Shown piece after piece: positions 20,663 through 30,891 of a DNA stretch of 64,000 nucleotides. The stretch is taken from the NCBI GenBank assembly GCA_963712515.1, contig CAVQIG010000025.1, positions 3,620-67,619 of the forward strand, in the 5' to 3' direction. The DNA comes from an uncultured delta proteobacterium. GTDB taxonomy: Bacteria > Desulfobacterota > Binatia > JACPRU01. Within the stretch, counting starts at the first letter, position 1, and every line of letters begins with the position of its first letter. The translations under genes and the position numbers were made by a program. The notes under the pieces were generated by a model, which worked only from the letters and a program-made list of their open reading frames with translations, did no database searches and was not told where the DNA came from.

Positions 20663-20772
20663 CGCGCGGATCCTCCCCTCGGCACGCATCTGGCCAGTTT
20701 TTCCAACCGAGACAAGAGCGGGCGGATGGATCGGAGCTCCTCCAGCCGAAGGGGCCGGCCGGCTCGGCGGCG

Positions 20773-21165
20773 TTACACCCAGCGCCGGACGCGCGTACGA
20801 TAACGACGATACGCGTCGCCGAATCTCGCCTCGAGGTAGCGCTCCTCTCGCCGGATCACTCCGAAATGGATAATGCCGAGAACGGGCAGAAGCGTGACCA
20901 TCGGCCACGCCGTGTTCATGGCGAGGGCGAGACCCACGTAGAGGAGAATGCGCGCGAAGTAGAGGGGATTGCGCGAGAAAGCGAAGGGCCCCGTAACCAC
21001 CAGGACCTTCGCCGGGAATCGCGGGTCCACGTTGGTTCCCGCGTGCTCCATCGCGCGCTTTGCCCAGACGGCGAGGAAGCCGCCGAGCAGCAACGTCAGG
21101 AGGCCCGTCGGCACACTGATCAACGGTGGGAGCAGGCTCACTGGCCGCGCCCACTGAAGGACCAT
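20773..21165 (-). CDS. isoprenylcysteine carboxyl methyltransferase (ICMT) family membrane protein, N-terminus uncertain
   Basis: Contains the ICMT block LVVTGPFAFSRNPLYFARILLYVG..EERYLEARFGDAYRRYRTRVRRWV. An in-frame hydrophobic extension (VVVLPSLLCGIAFVFG) lies upstream without a canonical start codon. Confidence 0.65.
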   Translation of the reverse strand: MVLQWARPVSLLPPLISVPTGLLTLLLGGFLAVWAKRAMEHAGTNVDPRFPAKVLVVTGPFAFSRNPLYFARILLYVGLALAMNTAWPMVTLLPVLGIIHFGVIRREERYLEARFGDAYRRYRTRVRRWV

Positions 21166-21302
21166 GCCAAAGACGAACGCGATTCCGCAGAGAAGCGACG
21201 GAAGGACGACGACTCGAGCGCTGTCCTCTCCGCGAATTCTCTCGTCGCGACGGGGCCGCTGACGTCTTCCGACGCGAACACCCGGCTGAAGGCTGCGGAC
21301 GG

Positions 21303-21641
21303 TCAGACCGCTTCCTCGCCGCGCTGGCCGGTGCGGATGCGGACCGCCTCGTCCACTGGCAGCAAGAGAGTGTTACCGTCTCCCGGTCGGCCCGTATGGG
21401 CTCTCGACCGGATGATCTCGGCGGCGCGCTCGGCAAGATCATCGCTGAGCACGACCTCGATCTTGACCTTCGGTAGGAAATCGACGACGTACTCGGCGCC
21501 ACGGTAAAACTCGGCCCGCGCTTCGCCGGAAGCAGAGCCCTTCACGTCGGAGATCGTCATCGCCTCGACGCCTTCCTTGGCAAGGGCGTCCTTCACGTCA
21601 CCGAGCTTGACAGGCCGAATGATGGCCTCGAGCTTCTTCAT
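21303..21641 (-). CDS. P-II family nitrogen regulatory protein
   Basis: 112 aa: MKKLEAIIRPVKLGDVKDALAKEGVEAMTISDVKG..EFYRGAEYVVDFLPKVKIEVV..TGRPGDGNTLLLPVDEAVRIRTGQRGEEAV. The T-loop Tyr is present. Confidence 0.9.
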   Translation of the reverse strand: MKKLEAIIRPVKLGDVKDALAKEGVEAMTISDVKGSASGEARAEFYRGAEYVVDFLPKVKIEVVLSDDLAERAAEIIRSRAHTGRPGDGNTLLLPVDEAVRIRTGQRGEEAV

Positions 21642-21654
21642 CGTTGATCTCCTT
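21590..21654. repeat. 65-bp direct repeat, copy 1 (P-II start region)
   Basis: 64 of 65 nt are identical to 22192-22256. The repeat covers the RBS plus the first 17 codons of the P-II gene. Confidence 0.9.
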
Positions 21655-21689
21655 ACCCTCGGGCCGGCGCGAACGGTGTGTGAAACGGT

Positions 21690-21956
21690 TCAGATCAGCG
21701 CACCGATCCTCGCGAGCGCCTCTTCGGCCGCCGGACCGCGTGCTTCGACGTCGATCGAGCTGCCCATGCCGGCGCCCAGCATCATCAGGCCCATGATGCT
21801 CTTGCCGTTCACCGTTTCGTCGTCCTTGCTGACGAACACGTCCGCGTCGAGCCCCGCAACCGCTTGCACGAAGAGCGCGGCCGCCCGCGCGTGAAGCCCG
21901 AAACGGTTTTGGATCACGAACGTCTCCTTCAACGACGGGGTACGCGGCTCGCTCAT
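21690..21956 (-). CDS. ptsH: HPr/NPr phosphocarrier protein
   Basis: 88 aa from ATG 21956. Contains the His-15 motif NRFGLHARAAA and the Ser-46 region VNGKSIMGLMMLGAG. Confidence 0.85.
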   Translation of the reverse strand: MSEPRTPSLKETFVIQNRFGLHARAAALFVQAVAGLDADVFVSKDDETVNGKSIMGLMMLGAGMGSSIDVEARGPAAEEALARIGALI

Positions 21957-22243
21957 CGACGTACGGCTCCGTCGGTCGAGGGGCTGCCTTCGCTCGCCCT
22001 GAAGATGTGATCTCGCCCGTACCTGCAAATGATGCCCGCAAGCTCGTGGAGTCCCATTGTCCCGCGGGCGGTCGCTGTCTTGACGAGCATCGGCATGTTC
22101 ACCCCGGCCACGACCTCCGCGCGCGACGTGCCTGCAACCGTGAGGCTGAGATTTGTGGCCGTCGGCGCGCGCTTCGCCGGCAGAGCGCAGCCCTTCACGT
22201 CACCGAGCTTGACGGGCCGAATGATGGCCTCGAGCTTCTTCAT
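21953..22243 (-). pseudogene. chimeric ORF: first 18 codons of P-II fused to the 3-prime ~60 percent of a mannose-type PTS EIIA gene
   Basis: MKKLEAIIRPVKLGDVKG is identical to the P-II start. It continues as ..PTATNLSLTVAGTSRAEVVAGVNMPMLVKTATARGTMGLHELAGIICRYGRDHIFRASE, which matches the C-terminal half of EIIA(Man)-type proteins. The phosphorylatable N-terminal His region is missing. Confidence 0.6.
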
Positions 22244-22256
22244 CGTTGATCTCCTT
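22192..22256. repeat. 65-bp direct repeat, copy 2
   Basis: See 21590-21654. The offset between the two copies is 602 bp. Confidence 0.9.
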
Positions 22257-22589
22257 GTCCTCCGCGGCTCTGGCTGCCGCGAGATTTTTCCTCGCGTGCC
22301 GCGCGCGCCTGAGCCACAGCAGTTCCGCTAAGCCGGCATACAGGGCCGCCGCGAAGAGCAGCCACCAGCCGCCGAGCAGGACCGAGCCGAGGCGAGCCGG
22401 CAAAAGACCGGGCCACATCGCCAACATCCAAACGATCGCGCTCGCCGGCGCGAGGAGCAGCAGCAGACCGTGCCGGAGTCGTTGCGTCCGCTCGAAAGCG
22501 CATTGTGCGACCAGGAACGCCCGCAGGGTGTTCCGCGTTAACTCTGGTTCCGGGGTCGGCGCGCAACGAATGTGGGAGGCAGCCTGCAT
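22200..22589 (-). CDS. hypothetical two-TM membrane protein
   Basis: 129-aa ORF with hydrophobic stretches LLLLLAPASAIVWMLAMWPGLL and SVLLGGWWLLFAAALYAGLAELLWL. Its 3-prime end reads through repeat copy 2 in another frame. No family was recognised. Confidence 0.3.
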   Translation of the reverse strand: MQAASHIRCAPTPEPELTRNTLRAFLVAQCAFERTQRLRHGLLLLLAPASAIVWMLAMWPGLLPARLGSVLLGGWWLLFAAALYAGLAELLWLRRARHARKNLAAARAAEDKEINDEEARGHHSARQAR

Positions 22590-22612
22590 GGTACGAGGTC
22601 GATCCAGATCGA

Positions 22613-22628
22613 CGCACGGACCGTGCCA
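22613..22628 (-). promoter_or_regulatory. sigma-54 (-24/-12) promoter candidate reading leftwards
   Basis: The minus strand reads TGGCACGGTCCGTGCG, with GG and GC at the canonical 10-nt spacing. It lies about 25 nt upstream of ATG 22589. Confidence 0.45.
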
Positions 22629-22787
22629 GAGAGATTCTCGAGAATTTTCTTGCTACTCCGCTTTCGCGGCTGCCGCCGCCTTCCCGCAAAATGAAGGAAG
22701 GCTTGCAGATCGAAAGTCATCTTGATCCCGAGAGGGTGATGTCCACGGCGTATGGCCATGATCGCTCGACGGTAGGATGAATTGGCC

Positions 22788-22816
22788 GTGACAGCGCAGT
22801 CACACGTTGCGAACGT
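22788..22816. promoter_or_regulatory. two adjacent palindromes between the divergent sigma-54 promoters (candidate enhancer/UAS)
   Basis: GTGAC-AGCGCA-GTCAC (22788-22803) is immediately followed by ACGTT-GCG-AACGT (22804-22816). The pair lies about 160-190 bp from either promoter. Confidence 0.25.
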
Positions 22817-22978
22817 CGTAGCAGATCCGGGGTATCTTCTGCGTATCGAGAAGGCCTCTTGCGATAATTCCCAGAGGGGAGAATTGCTCATTTCATTGTG
22901 AAGGATCGAGTTCCTTCTATTTGCAAGAACACTTGGGGGCGGCCGAGAAAAGCTCTTTGATGACGCGTCGAGTCGGGC

Positions 22979-22994
22979 TGGCACGAAGCCTGCT
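22979..22994 (+). promoter_or_regulatory. sigma-54 (-24/-12) promoter candidate for the kdp operon
   Basis: TGGCACGAAGCCTGCT against the consensus TGGCACG-N4-TTGCW, with correct GG/GC spacing. It is intergenic, about 50 nt upstream of the small ORF at 23044 and about 140 nt upstream of kdpF. Confidence 0.6.
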
Positions 22995-23043
22995 CAGGTG
23001 ATCCGGTGAACGGTACTCGTGTACGCAAAGGGGGCACACGTTG

Positions 23044-23128
23044 ATGATGGACATCCTCTTCTTGATCGTGGCTGATCGGCTTCTTCGCCGGGGCAATCGC
23101 CTACGTCGAAGGCTGTGAGAGGTTATAG
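23044..23128 (+). CDS. possible small hydrophobic peptide upstream of kdpF (needs one frame correction)
   Basis: ATGATGGACATCCTCTTCTTGATCGTGGC gives MMDILFLIVA. After a 1-nt shift near 23072 the reading is IGFFAGAIAYVEGCERL-stop, ending 3 nt before the kdpF ATG. Confidence 0.25.
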
Positions 23129-23131
23129 ACG

Positions 23132-23221
23132 ATGGTTCTCGAATACTTTCTCGGTGGCGCCGTCTCGATAGGAATCCTCGTCTACCTCTTCTACGTGCTG
23201 CTCAATCCCGAGCGGTTCTGA
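23132..23221 (+). CDS. kdpF: K+-transporting ATPase subunit F
   Basis: Own translation gives MVLEYFLGGAVSIGILVYLFYVLLNPERF (29 aa). This is a single TM helix with the typical ..LL.PE.F end, and it stops 9 nt before kdpA. It is too short to appear in the ORF track. Confidence 0.8.
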   Translation: MVLEYFLGGAVSIGILVYLFYVLLNPERF

Positions 23222-23230
23222 GGGATTCCC

Positions 23231-24968
23231 ATGACTGCAAACGGCGTCATTCAAATACTCTTGTTCTTCGGCATCGTCTTCGCGCTCACCAAGCCGCTCG
23301 GGAGCTACATGGCCCGCGTGTTCCAGCGCGAGCGGACGTTCCTCGATCCGGTGCTCGTGCCGGTCGAGCGGCTGATCTATCGGCTGAGCGGCGTCAAGCC
23401 CGACGTCGAGCAGCACTGGACGACGTACACGATCGCCATGTTGCTCTTCAACGTCACGGGTCTCGTGCTGCTGTACGCGATGCAGCGCGCTCCAGCACCT
23501 TCTGCCGTTGAATCCGCAAGGCCTCGGACCCGATCTCGGAGCACTCGCTCGTTCAACACGGCGGTCAGCTTCACGACGAACACGAACTGGCAGTCGTACG
23601 TGCCCGAGATCGACGATGAGCTACTTCATCGCAGATGGCCGGGCTCACCGTTCACAACTTCGTCTCCGCGGCGACCGGCATCGCGCTCGCGATCGCGCTG
23701 GTGCGCGGCTTCGCCCGCCACGAGATCGAAGACGATCGGCAACTTCTGGGTCGATCTGACGCGGTGCACTCTGTGGATCCTGCTGCCGATCTGTCTTGCT
23801 CCGCGCTGGTGCTGGTCTGGCAGGGCGTGCCGCAGAACCTGAACCCCTACGTACGCAGCCAACGACCGTCGAGGGCGCGAACCAGACGATCGCGCAGGGG
23901 CCGGTCGCTTCGCAGGAGGTCGATCAAGGAGCTCGGCACCAACGGCGGCGGCTTCTTCAACGCCAACTCCGCGCATCCGTACGAGAACCCGACGCCGCTG
24001 ACGAACCTGCTCGAGATGTTGGCGATCTTCTCGATCAGCGCCGCGCTCACCTACACGTTCGGCGGATGGTGCGGCGACACGCGGCAGGGCTGGGCGCTGT
24101 TCGGCGGCGATGGCGGTGCTCTTCTTGCTCGGCGTGTCGGTCGCCTACTGGTCGGAGGCAGCGGGCAACCCGGCCTTCGCGCCGGCGTGGGCATGCGACC
24201 GCGAGCAGCGGGCGGCAACATGGAAGGCAAGGAGGTCCGCTTCGGCGTCGCGCAACTCCGCTCTCTTGGCGACCGTCACGACCGACGCCTCCTGCGGCGC
24301 CGTCAACAGCATGCACGACAGCTTCACGCCGCTCGGCGGCATGGTCCCGCTGATCAACATCCAGCTCGGCGAGATCATCTTCGGCGGCGTCGGGCGCCGG
24401 GCTCTACGGCATGCTCGTCTTCGCCATCCTGGCGGTCTTCATCGCCGGCCTGATGGTCGGCCGCACGCCCGAGTACCTCGGCAAGAAGATCGAGGCGAAG
24501 GAGGTGAAGATGGCCATGCTGGCGGTCCTCGTGTCTCGCCGTTCTCGATTCTCGGCTTCACGGCGCTCGCGAGCGTCACGCCGGCGGCCTCGCCGGCCCG
24601 CTCAACAACGCCGGCCCGCACGGCTTCAGCGAGATCCTCTACGCCTACAGCTCGACGGCACGGGCAACAACGGCAGCGCCTTCGCGGGCCTCAGCGCGAA
24701 CACGCTCTTCTACAACCTGACGATCGGCCTCGCGATGCTGTTCGGGCGCTTCTTGATGATCGTCCCGATGCTGGCGATCGCCGGCTCGCTGGTCAAGAAG
24801 AAGCTCGTCCCCGCCTCGAGCCGGAACGTTCCCGACGACACGGCCCGCTGTTCGTCGCCCTGCTCGTCGGCGTGATTCTGATCGTCGGCGGGCTGACCTT
24901 CTTCCCGGCGCTCTCGCTCGGCCCGATCGTCGAGCATCTGCTGCATGCCGCCGGCAAGACTGCTCTGA
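23231..24968 (+). pseudogene. kdpA: K+-transporting ATPase subunit A, a dozen or more apparent frame breaks
   Basis: KdpA blocks are scattered over all three plus frames: [253 protein letters not shown] and [16 protein letters not shown]. The 3-prime end (TGA near 24966) is inferred. Confidence 0.85.
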
Positions 24969-24984
24969 CGAGGATCCTCGATTC

Positions 24985-27075
<2,091 letters not shown>

Positions 27076-27097
27076 GGCTGCGAGAGAGACATACACA

Positions 27098-27712
27098 ATG
27101 CTTTCCGAAATCCGTCCCGCAATTCTCGTGACGCTGTTTCTGACCGCGATCACCGGCATCGTCTACCCGCTGGCGATGACCGGCATCGCTCAGCTCGCTT
27201 TTCCGCATCGGGCGAACGGCAGCCTGATCGTCCGCGGCGGCCAGGTGATCGGCTCGGAGCTGATCGGCCAGAACTTCGCGGGCGACGGTTACTTCCATCC
27301 GCGGCCGTCGGCGGCCGGCAGCAACGGCTACGACGCCAACGCGTCCGGCGGCTCGAACCTCGGGCCGATCGATGCCGGGCTACTCAAGCGCATCGGCGAC
27401 GCGGCCAAGCAGCTCGCCGACGAGAATCCCGGAGCGACGATTCCCGTTGACCTCGTGACCGCGTCCGGAAGCGGGCTCGATCCACACATCAGTCCCGCGG
27501 CCGCGGAGCTGCAGGTCGCGCGCGTCGCGAAGGCCCGCGAGCTCCCGGAAGACAAGGTGCGGGAGCTCCTGCGCGCACACGTCGAGGGCCGCCAATTCGG
27601 AATCCTCGGTGACCCGCGGGTAAACGTTCTCGAGTTGAACCTGGCGCTCGACGAGGCGAGTCCAACTGCCCCCGCCGCCGCCGAGATCCGCTCGGCGCCG
27701 GCGGCGAGTTAG
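27098..27712 (+). CDS. kdpC: K+-transporting ATPase subunit C
   Basis: Intact 204 aa: an N-terminal TM helix followed by [80 protein letters not shown]. Confidence 0.9.
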   Translation: MLSEIRPAILVTLFLTAITGIVYPLAMTGIAQLAFPHRANGSLIVRGGQVIGSELIGQNFAGDGYFHPRPSAAGSNGYDANASGGSNLGPIDAGLLKRIGDAAKQLADENPGATIPVDLVTASGSGLDPHISPAAAELQVARVAKARELPEDKVRELLRAHVEGRQFGILGDPRVNVLELNLALDEASPTAPAAAEIRSAPAAS

Positions 27713-27742
27713 GCTTCAGGGCAATCCGACCAATGACTGCCC

Positions 27743-28087
27743 GTGAGGCGAATCGAAGCGATCATCAAGCCCTCTAGGCTCGAGGAAGTGAAGCGCGCCC
27801 TCGGAGCGATGCACGTGGCCGAGGTCACCGTGAGTGAGGTCAAAGGCTTTGCTCGTGAGGCGGCCCGCGCCGAGCCTACCGGCGGCGACGCCTGCGTCGT
27901 TGAATTCCTGCCGAGAGTGAAGCTCGACGTCGTCGTGGATGACGAGCTCGCGCCGAGCGTGGTCTCGACCATTCAACGCGCGGCCAAGACGGCGGGCGGC
28001 GACAGTTGGATGATTTTTGTTCTCGCGGCTTCTGAGCACTGCAGAGCGCAGTGCTCCGATTCGCCCGCCGCGCCTTTGCGTTTCTAG
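27743..28087 (+). CDS. divergent P-II-like signal protein encoded directly after kdpC
   Basis: 114 aa: MRRIEAIIKPSRLEEVKRALGAMHVAEVTVSEVKGFAREAARAEPTGGDACVVEFLPRVKLDVVVDDE. This is the P-II fold register, but the T-loop lacks the conserved Tyr (EPTGGDAC in place of ELYRGAEY) and the C-terminus is atypical. It starts 30 nt after kdpC. A perfect 9-bp hairpin (28034-28056) lies inside its last 18 codons. Confidence 0.6.
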   Translation: MRRIEAIIKPSRLEEVKRALGAMHVAEVTVSEVKGFAREAARAEPTGGDACVVEFLPRVKLDVVVDDELAPSVVSTIQRAAKTAGGDSWMIFVLAASEHCRAQCSDSPAAPLRF

Positions 28088-28222
28088 CTTTAAGCTAGGC
28101 TTGCGGCATGCGCTCCTTGGGCGGGCGCATCCGCCCTTCGATCTGCAAAGCATCCTTGCAATTTGGCGTAAGGCGCAGACGCGCAGGATGAGACGCGGCA
28201 GAGAAAACACTCACAGGTCCCG

Positions 28223-28238
28223 GTGGCACGGTATGTGC
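28223..28238 (+). promoter_or_regulatory. sigma-54 (-24/-12) promoter candidate for the glycosyl cluster
   Basis: TGGCACGGTATGTGCT with correct GG/GC spacing. It is intergenic, 167 nt upstream of the start at 28405. Confidence 0.55.
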
Positions 28239-28404
28239 TGTGTCTAGGTAATGAGTGGCGGTTGGCAAATGTTGAATTCACGTCGCTGCGCTGACGTGGC
28301 GCTGGCACGCGACTCCAGCTTCTCGTTCACGCGCCCGACCGAGTCACCTCATTCTACCGATCGGTCGCTGCGGGGAGCCCGCCGCTTCTCGAGGAGGCTC
28401 ATCC

Positions 28405-29820
28405 GTGCACCAAGACCTTTTCTTCGTCATCCCGACCTATCGACTCCGCGACGTCGGCGAGACCGTCGAGGAGTACGACGAGCATTTTCGCAGGAACGGC
28501 CATTCCGTCCGGATGATCGTATCGGACGATTCGACGCCGACGACGCACGAGAAATACTACTCGCTGCTCGAGCGGACCCGGACGCACAACGAGCTCTACT
28601 ACGTCGGCCCCAAGGAGAAGGAGCGGTTTCTCGCGCACTTGAATCTCCGGCTCCGCGACAAGCGCCTCGAGAGCCTCGTGCGAAGCCTCTTCGGTCCGAG
28701 CTACGGCGGCAACCGGAACTGCACGCTCATGTACACGCTCGGCGGATTGATGATCAGCGCCGACGACGACATGCGTCCATACGCGCTCATGGAAGACAGC
28801 GTCGAGACCCTGTCGGAAAACGAGGTCTCCCGCGGCAAGCTTCTGAAGACAGGCGAAAACGGCTACGGCCGGAAGTCCTTCGACATCGTCTCCGCCTTCC
28901 TCGACGTTCTCGGCAAGCGCGTGCGCGACGTTCCCGCCAACTACGAGCGCGGCGAGGTCCTCGTGGACACGTCGATGGACCTCGAGACCAATGCGACGAA
29001 AGGACTCGCGAGGGAGAATTCGATCCTCCTGCAGCGCGGCGCCATCGACGACGACGCCGTCGTCAAGATGGCCCAGACGTTCCGCTCGGGGACGCACGAT
29101 CTCGACGCGATCGACTTCGTCGACATCTTTCTCGACGACGATCGGCAGCTCGATCCCGACGAGCTGAACGACCAGTACGTGCTCGTCAACTTCCGGCCCG
29201 CGGTCACGAAGAAGAACTGGCGCATGGACTGTGGCGTGGCGGGCTACGACAATCAGTTCGGGCTCCCGCCGTTCTTTCCGACGCGGCTGCGGTTCGAAGA
29301 CTACATCTATCGGCTGTGGATCCAGCAGGAGGGGCTCGCCGCCGCGCACGTCGACGCCGCCCAGAATCACATCAAGAACAACTACATGCGGAATCCCCTC
29401 GCCGTCGAGGTCTTCAATGAGGAAGTCGCAAACCTCTTGAAGAGAAAGATCAAAGACTCGATCACCCGTCTCGACGATCTCAGCATCTCCTTCGACTACG
29501 ACGGAACCGTCTCCGGCGAGGATGCCGAAGAGATCCTCGAGAAGATCGGCGCGCTCTGTGCGCGGGCCGAGCGAGCCCGCTCGGAAGCACCGACAGAGGA
29601 GCGCGCGTCCGCCCTTCGCGTGTTCGCGGCGACGCTCAACAAGGCATTCTACGGCCTCGAGCCCGATTTCTTTCACCAGAATCTCCTGCGGATCGTCGAC
29701 GACGTGCTGACGGTTCTCAAGGGCTCGATGGAGCTCTGGCCGACGCTCGTCGAGATCGCCTTCTTCGAGAAGGCCCGGCACGGCCTGCCGGAGATCCGCG
29801 TCGCAAACCAGCGCCGCTGA
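28405..29820 (+). CDS. hypothetical protein with GT-A-like glycosyltransferase motifs (distant resemblance to the reversibly-glycosylated-polypeptide layout)
   Basis: Intact 471 aa with a GTG start. The motif order FFVIPTYRLRDV..VRMIVSDDSTP..YGGNRNCTLMYTLGGLMISADDDMRP corresponds to a nucleotide-sugar binding start, a DDS motif and a DXD-like DDD motif. The family assignment is from memory and weak. Confidence 0.4.
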   Translation: MHQDLFFVIPTYRLRDVGETVEEYDEHFRRNGHSVRMIVSDDSTPTTHEKYYSLLERTRTHNELYYVGPKEKERFLAHLNLRLRDKRLESLVRSLFGPSYGGNRNCTLMYTLGGLMISADDDMRPYALMEDSVETLSENEVSRGKLLKTGENGYGRKSFDIVSAFLDVLGKRVRDVPANYERGEVLVDTSMDLETNATKGLARENSILLQRGAIDDDAVVKMAQTFRSGTHDLDAIDFVDIFLDDDRQLDPDELNDQYVLVNFRPAVTKKNWRMDCGVAGYDNQFGLPPFFPTRLRFEDYIYRLWIQQEGLAAAHVDAAQNHIKNNYMRNPLAVEVFNEEVANLLKRKIKDSITRLDDLSISFDYDGTVSGEDAEEILEKIGALCARAERARSEAPTEERASALRVFAATLNKAFYGLEPDFFHQNLLRIVDDVLTVLKGSMELWPTLVEIAFFEKARHGLPEIRVANQRR

Positions 29821-29838
29821 CGGAGGTCTACGGACGCC

Positions 29839-30891
29839 GTGCACATCGCCCAAGTCGCCCCGCTCTACGAAAGCGTCCCCCCGGCCCGCTACGGAGGCAC
29901 CGAGCGCGTGGTGTCGTACCTGACGGAGGAGCTCGTGCGGCTCGGGCACGACGTGACGCTCTTTGCGAGCGGGGATTCCGTCACCAGCGCGCGCCTCGTT
30001 CCCGCCTGCCCGCGTGCCCTCTGGCAGGATCCCGGTTGCCGCGAGACCCTGCCCCATCACGTCCGACTGATGGAACAGGTGTTCGCCGATCCGACTCGAT
30101 TCGACGTTCTTCACTTCCATACCGACTACGTCCACTTTCCACTGCTTCGCCACCACTCGGTGCCGAGCGTTACCACGCTCCACGGATTTCTGAACGCGAC
30201 CGACCTCTCGCCCTTCTTCGACGCCTACCCCGAGGTCCCGGTCGTCTCGATCTCGAATGCGCAGCGCCGCCCGATCACCCGTGCGAACTGGCTCGCCACG
30301 GTTCATCACGGGCTCCCGCGAGAGGCGCACGCGTTCCGCGACCGCGGCGGACGATACCTCGCATTCCTCGGGCGGATCTCGCCCGAGAAGCGACTCGACC
30401 GCGCCGTCGCGATCGCCCGACAGGCGGGCGTTCCACTGAAGGTCGCCGCGAAGATCTATCCGGAGGAGCAGGGGTACTACTCGGAGGCGATCGCTCCGCT
30501 TCTCCGCGAATCCCGCTCGTTCGTCGAGTTCGTCGGCGAAATCGGCGGAAGCGCGAAGGACGAGTTTCTCGGAGACGCTCTCGCGCTTCTCTTCCCGATC
30601 GATTGGGAGGAGCCGTTCGGTCTCGTCATGATCGAGGCGCTCGCCTGCGGGACGCCGGTCATCGCGTGGCGGCGGGGCGCGGTTCCGGAAGTCGTCGACG
30701 ACGGCGTCACGGGATTCGTCGTCCAGGACGTCGATGGCGCCGTACGCGCCGTGCGCCGCGTGCACGAGATCGACCGCCGCGCTTGCCGACGCACGTTCGA
30801 GGAGCGCTTCGAAGTGTCGCGCATGGCGCGGCAATACGTCGACGTCTACCGGCGCGCCATCGACCAGCAGCATCGTCGTATGGCCGCGTGA
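29839..30891 (+). CDS. GT4-family (GT-B) glycosyltransferase
   Basis: Intact 350 aa: HIAQVAPLYESVPPARYGGTERVVSYLTEELVRLGHDVTLFASG..FLGRISPEKRLD..EEPFGLVMIEALACGTPVIAWRRGAVPEVVDDGVTGF. Confidence 0.85.
   Translation: MHIAQVAPLYESVPPARYGGTERVVSYLTEELVRLGHDVTLFASGDSVTSARLVPACPRALWQDPGCRETLPHHVRLMEQVFADPTRFDVLHFHTDYVHFPLLRHHSVPSVTTLHGFLNATDLSPFFDAYPEVPVVSISNAQRRPITRANWLATVHHGLPREAHAFRDRGGRYLAFLGRISPEKRLDRAVAIARQAGVPLKVAAKIYPEEQGYYSEAIAPLLRESRSFVEFVGEIGGSAKDEFLGDALALLFPIDWEEPFGLVMIEALACGTPVIAWRRGAVPEVVDDGVTGFVVQDVDGAVRAVRRVHEIDRRACRRTFEERFEVSRMARQYVDVYRRAIDQQHRRMAA

Noticed and set aside
22538-22984. 148-aa minus-strand ORF across the AT-rich region
   Set aside because: It runs through both sigma-54 promoter candidates and overlaps the 22200-22589 ORF. 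Its composition and codon usage are unlike neighbouring genes and it matches no family.
22590-23040. Possible c-di-AMP (ydaO/kimA-type) riboswitch in the kdp leader
   Set aside because: A few GGGGA / GGGGC runs occur, but I could not lay out the pseudo-twofold helices or conserved ACGGGG..CCCA blocks. The sigma-54 promoter leaves only about 50-140 nt of leader, which is too short.
28303-28318. Second TGGCAC hexamer (TGGCACGCGACTCCAG) downstream of the 28223 promoter
   Set aside because: It has no GC dinucleotide at the -12 position (the sequence reads CA).
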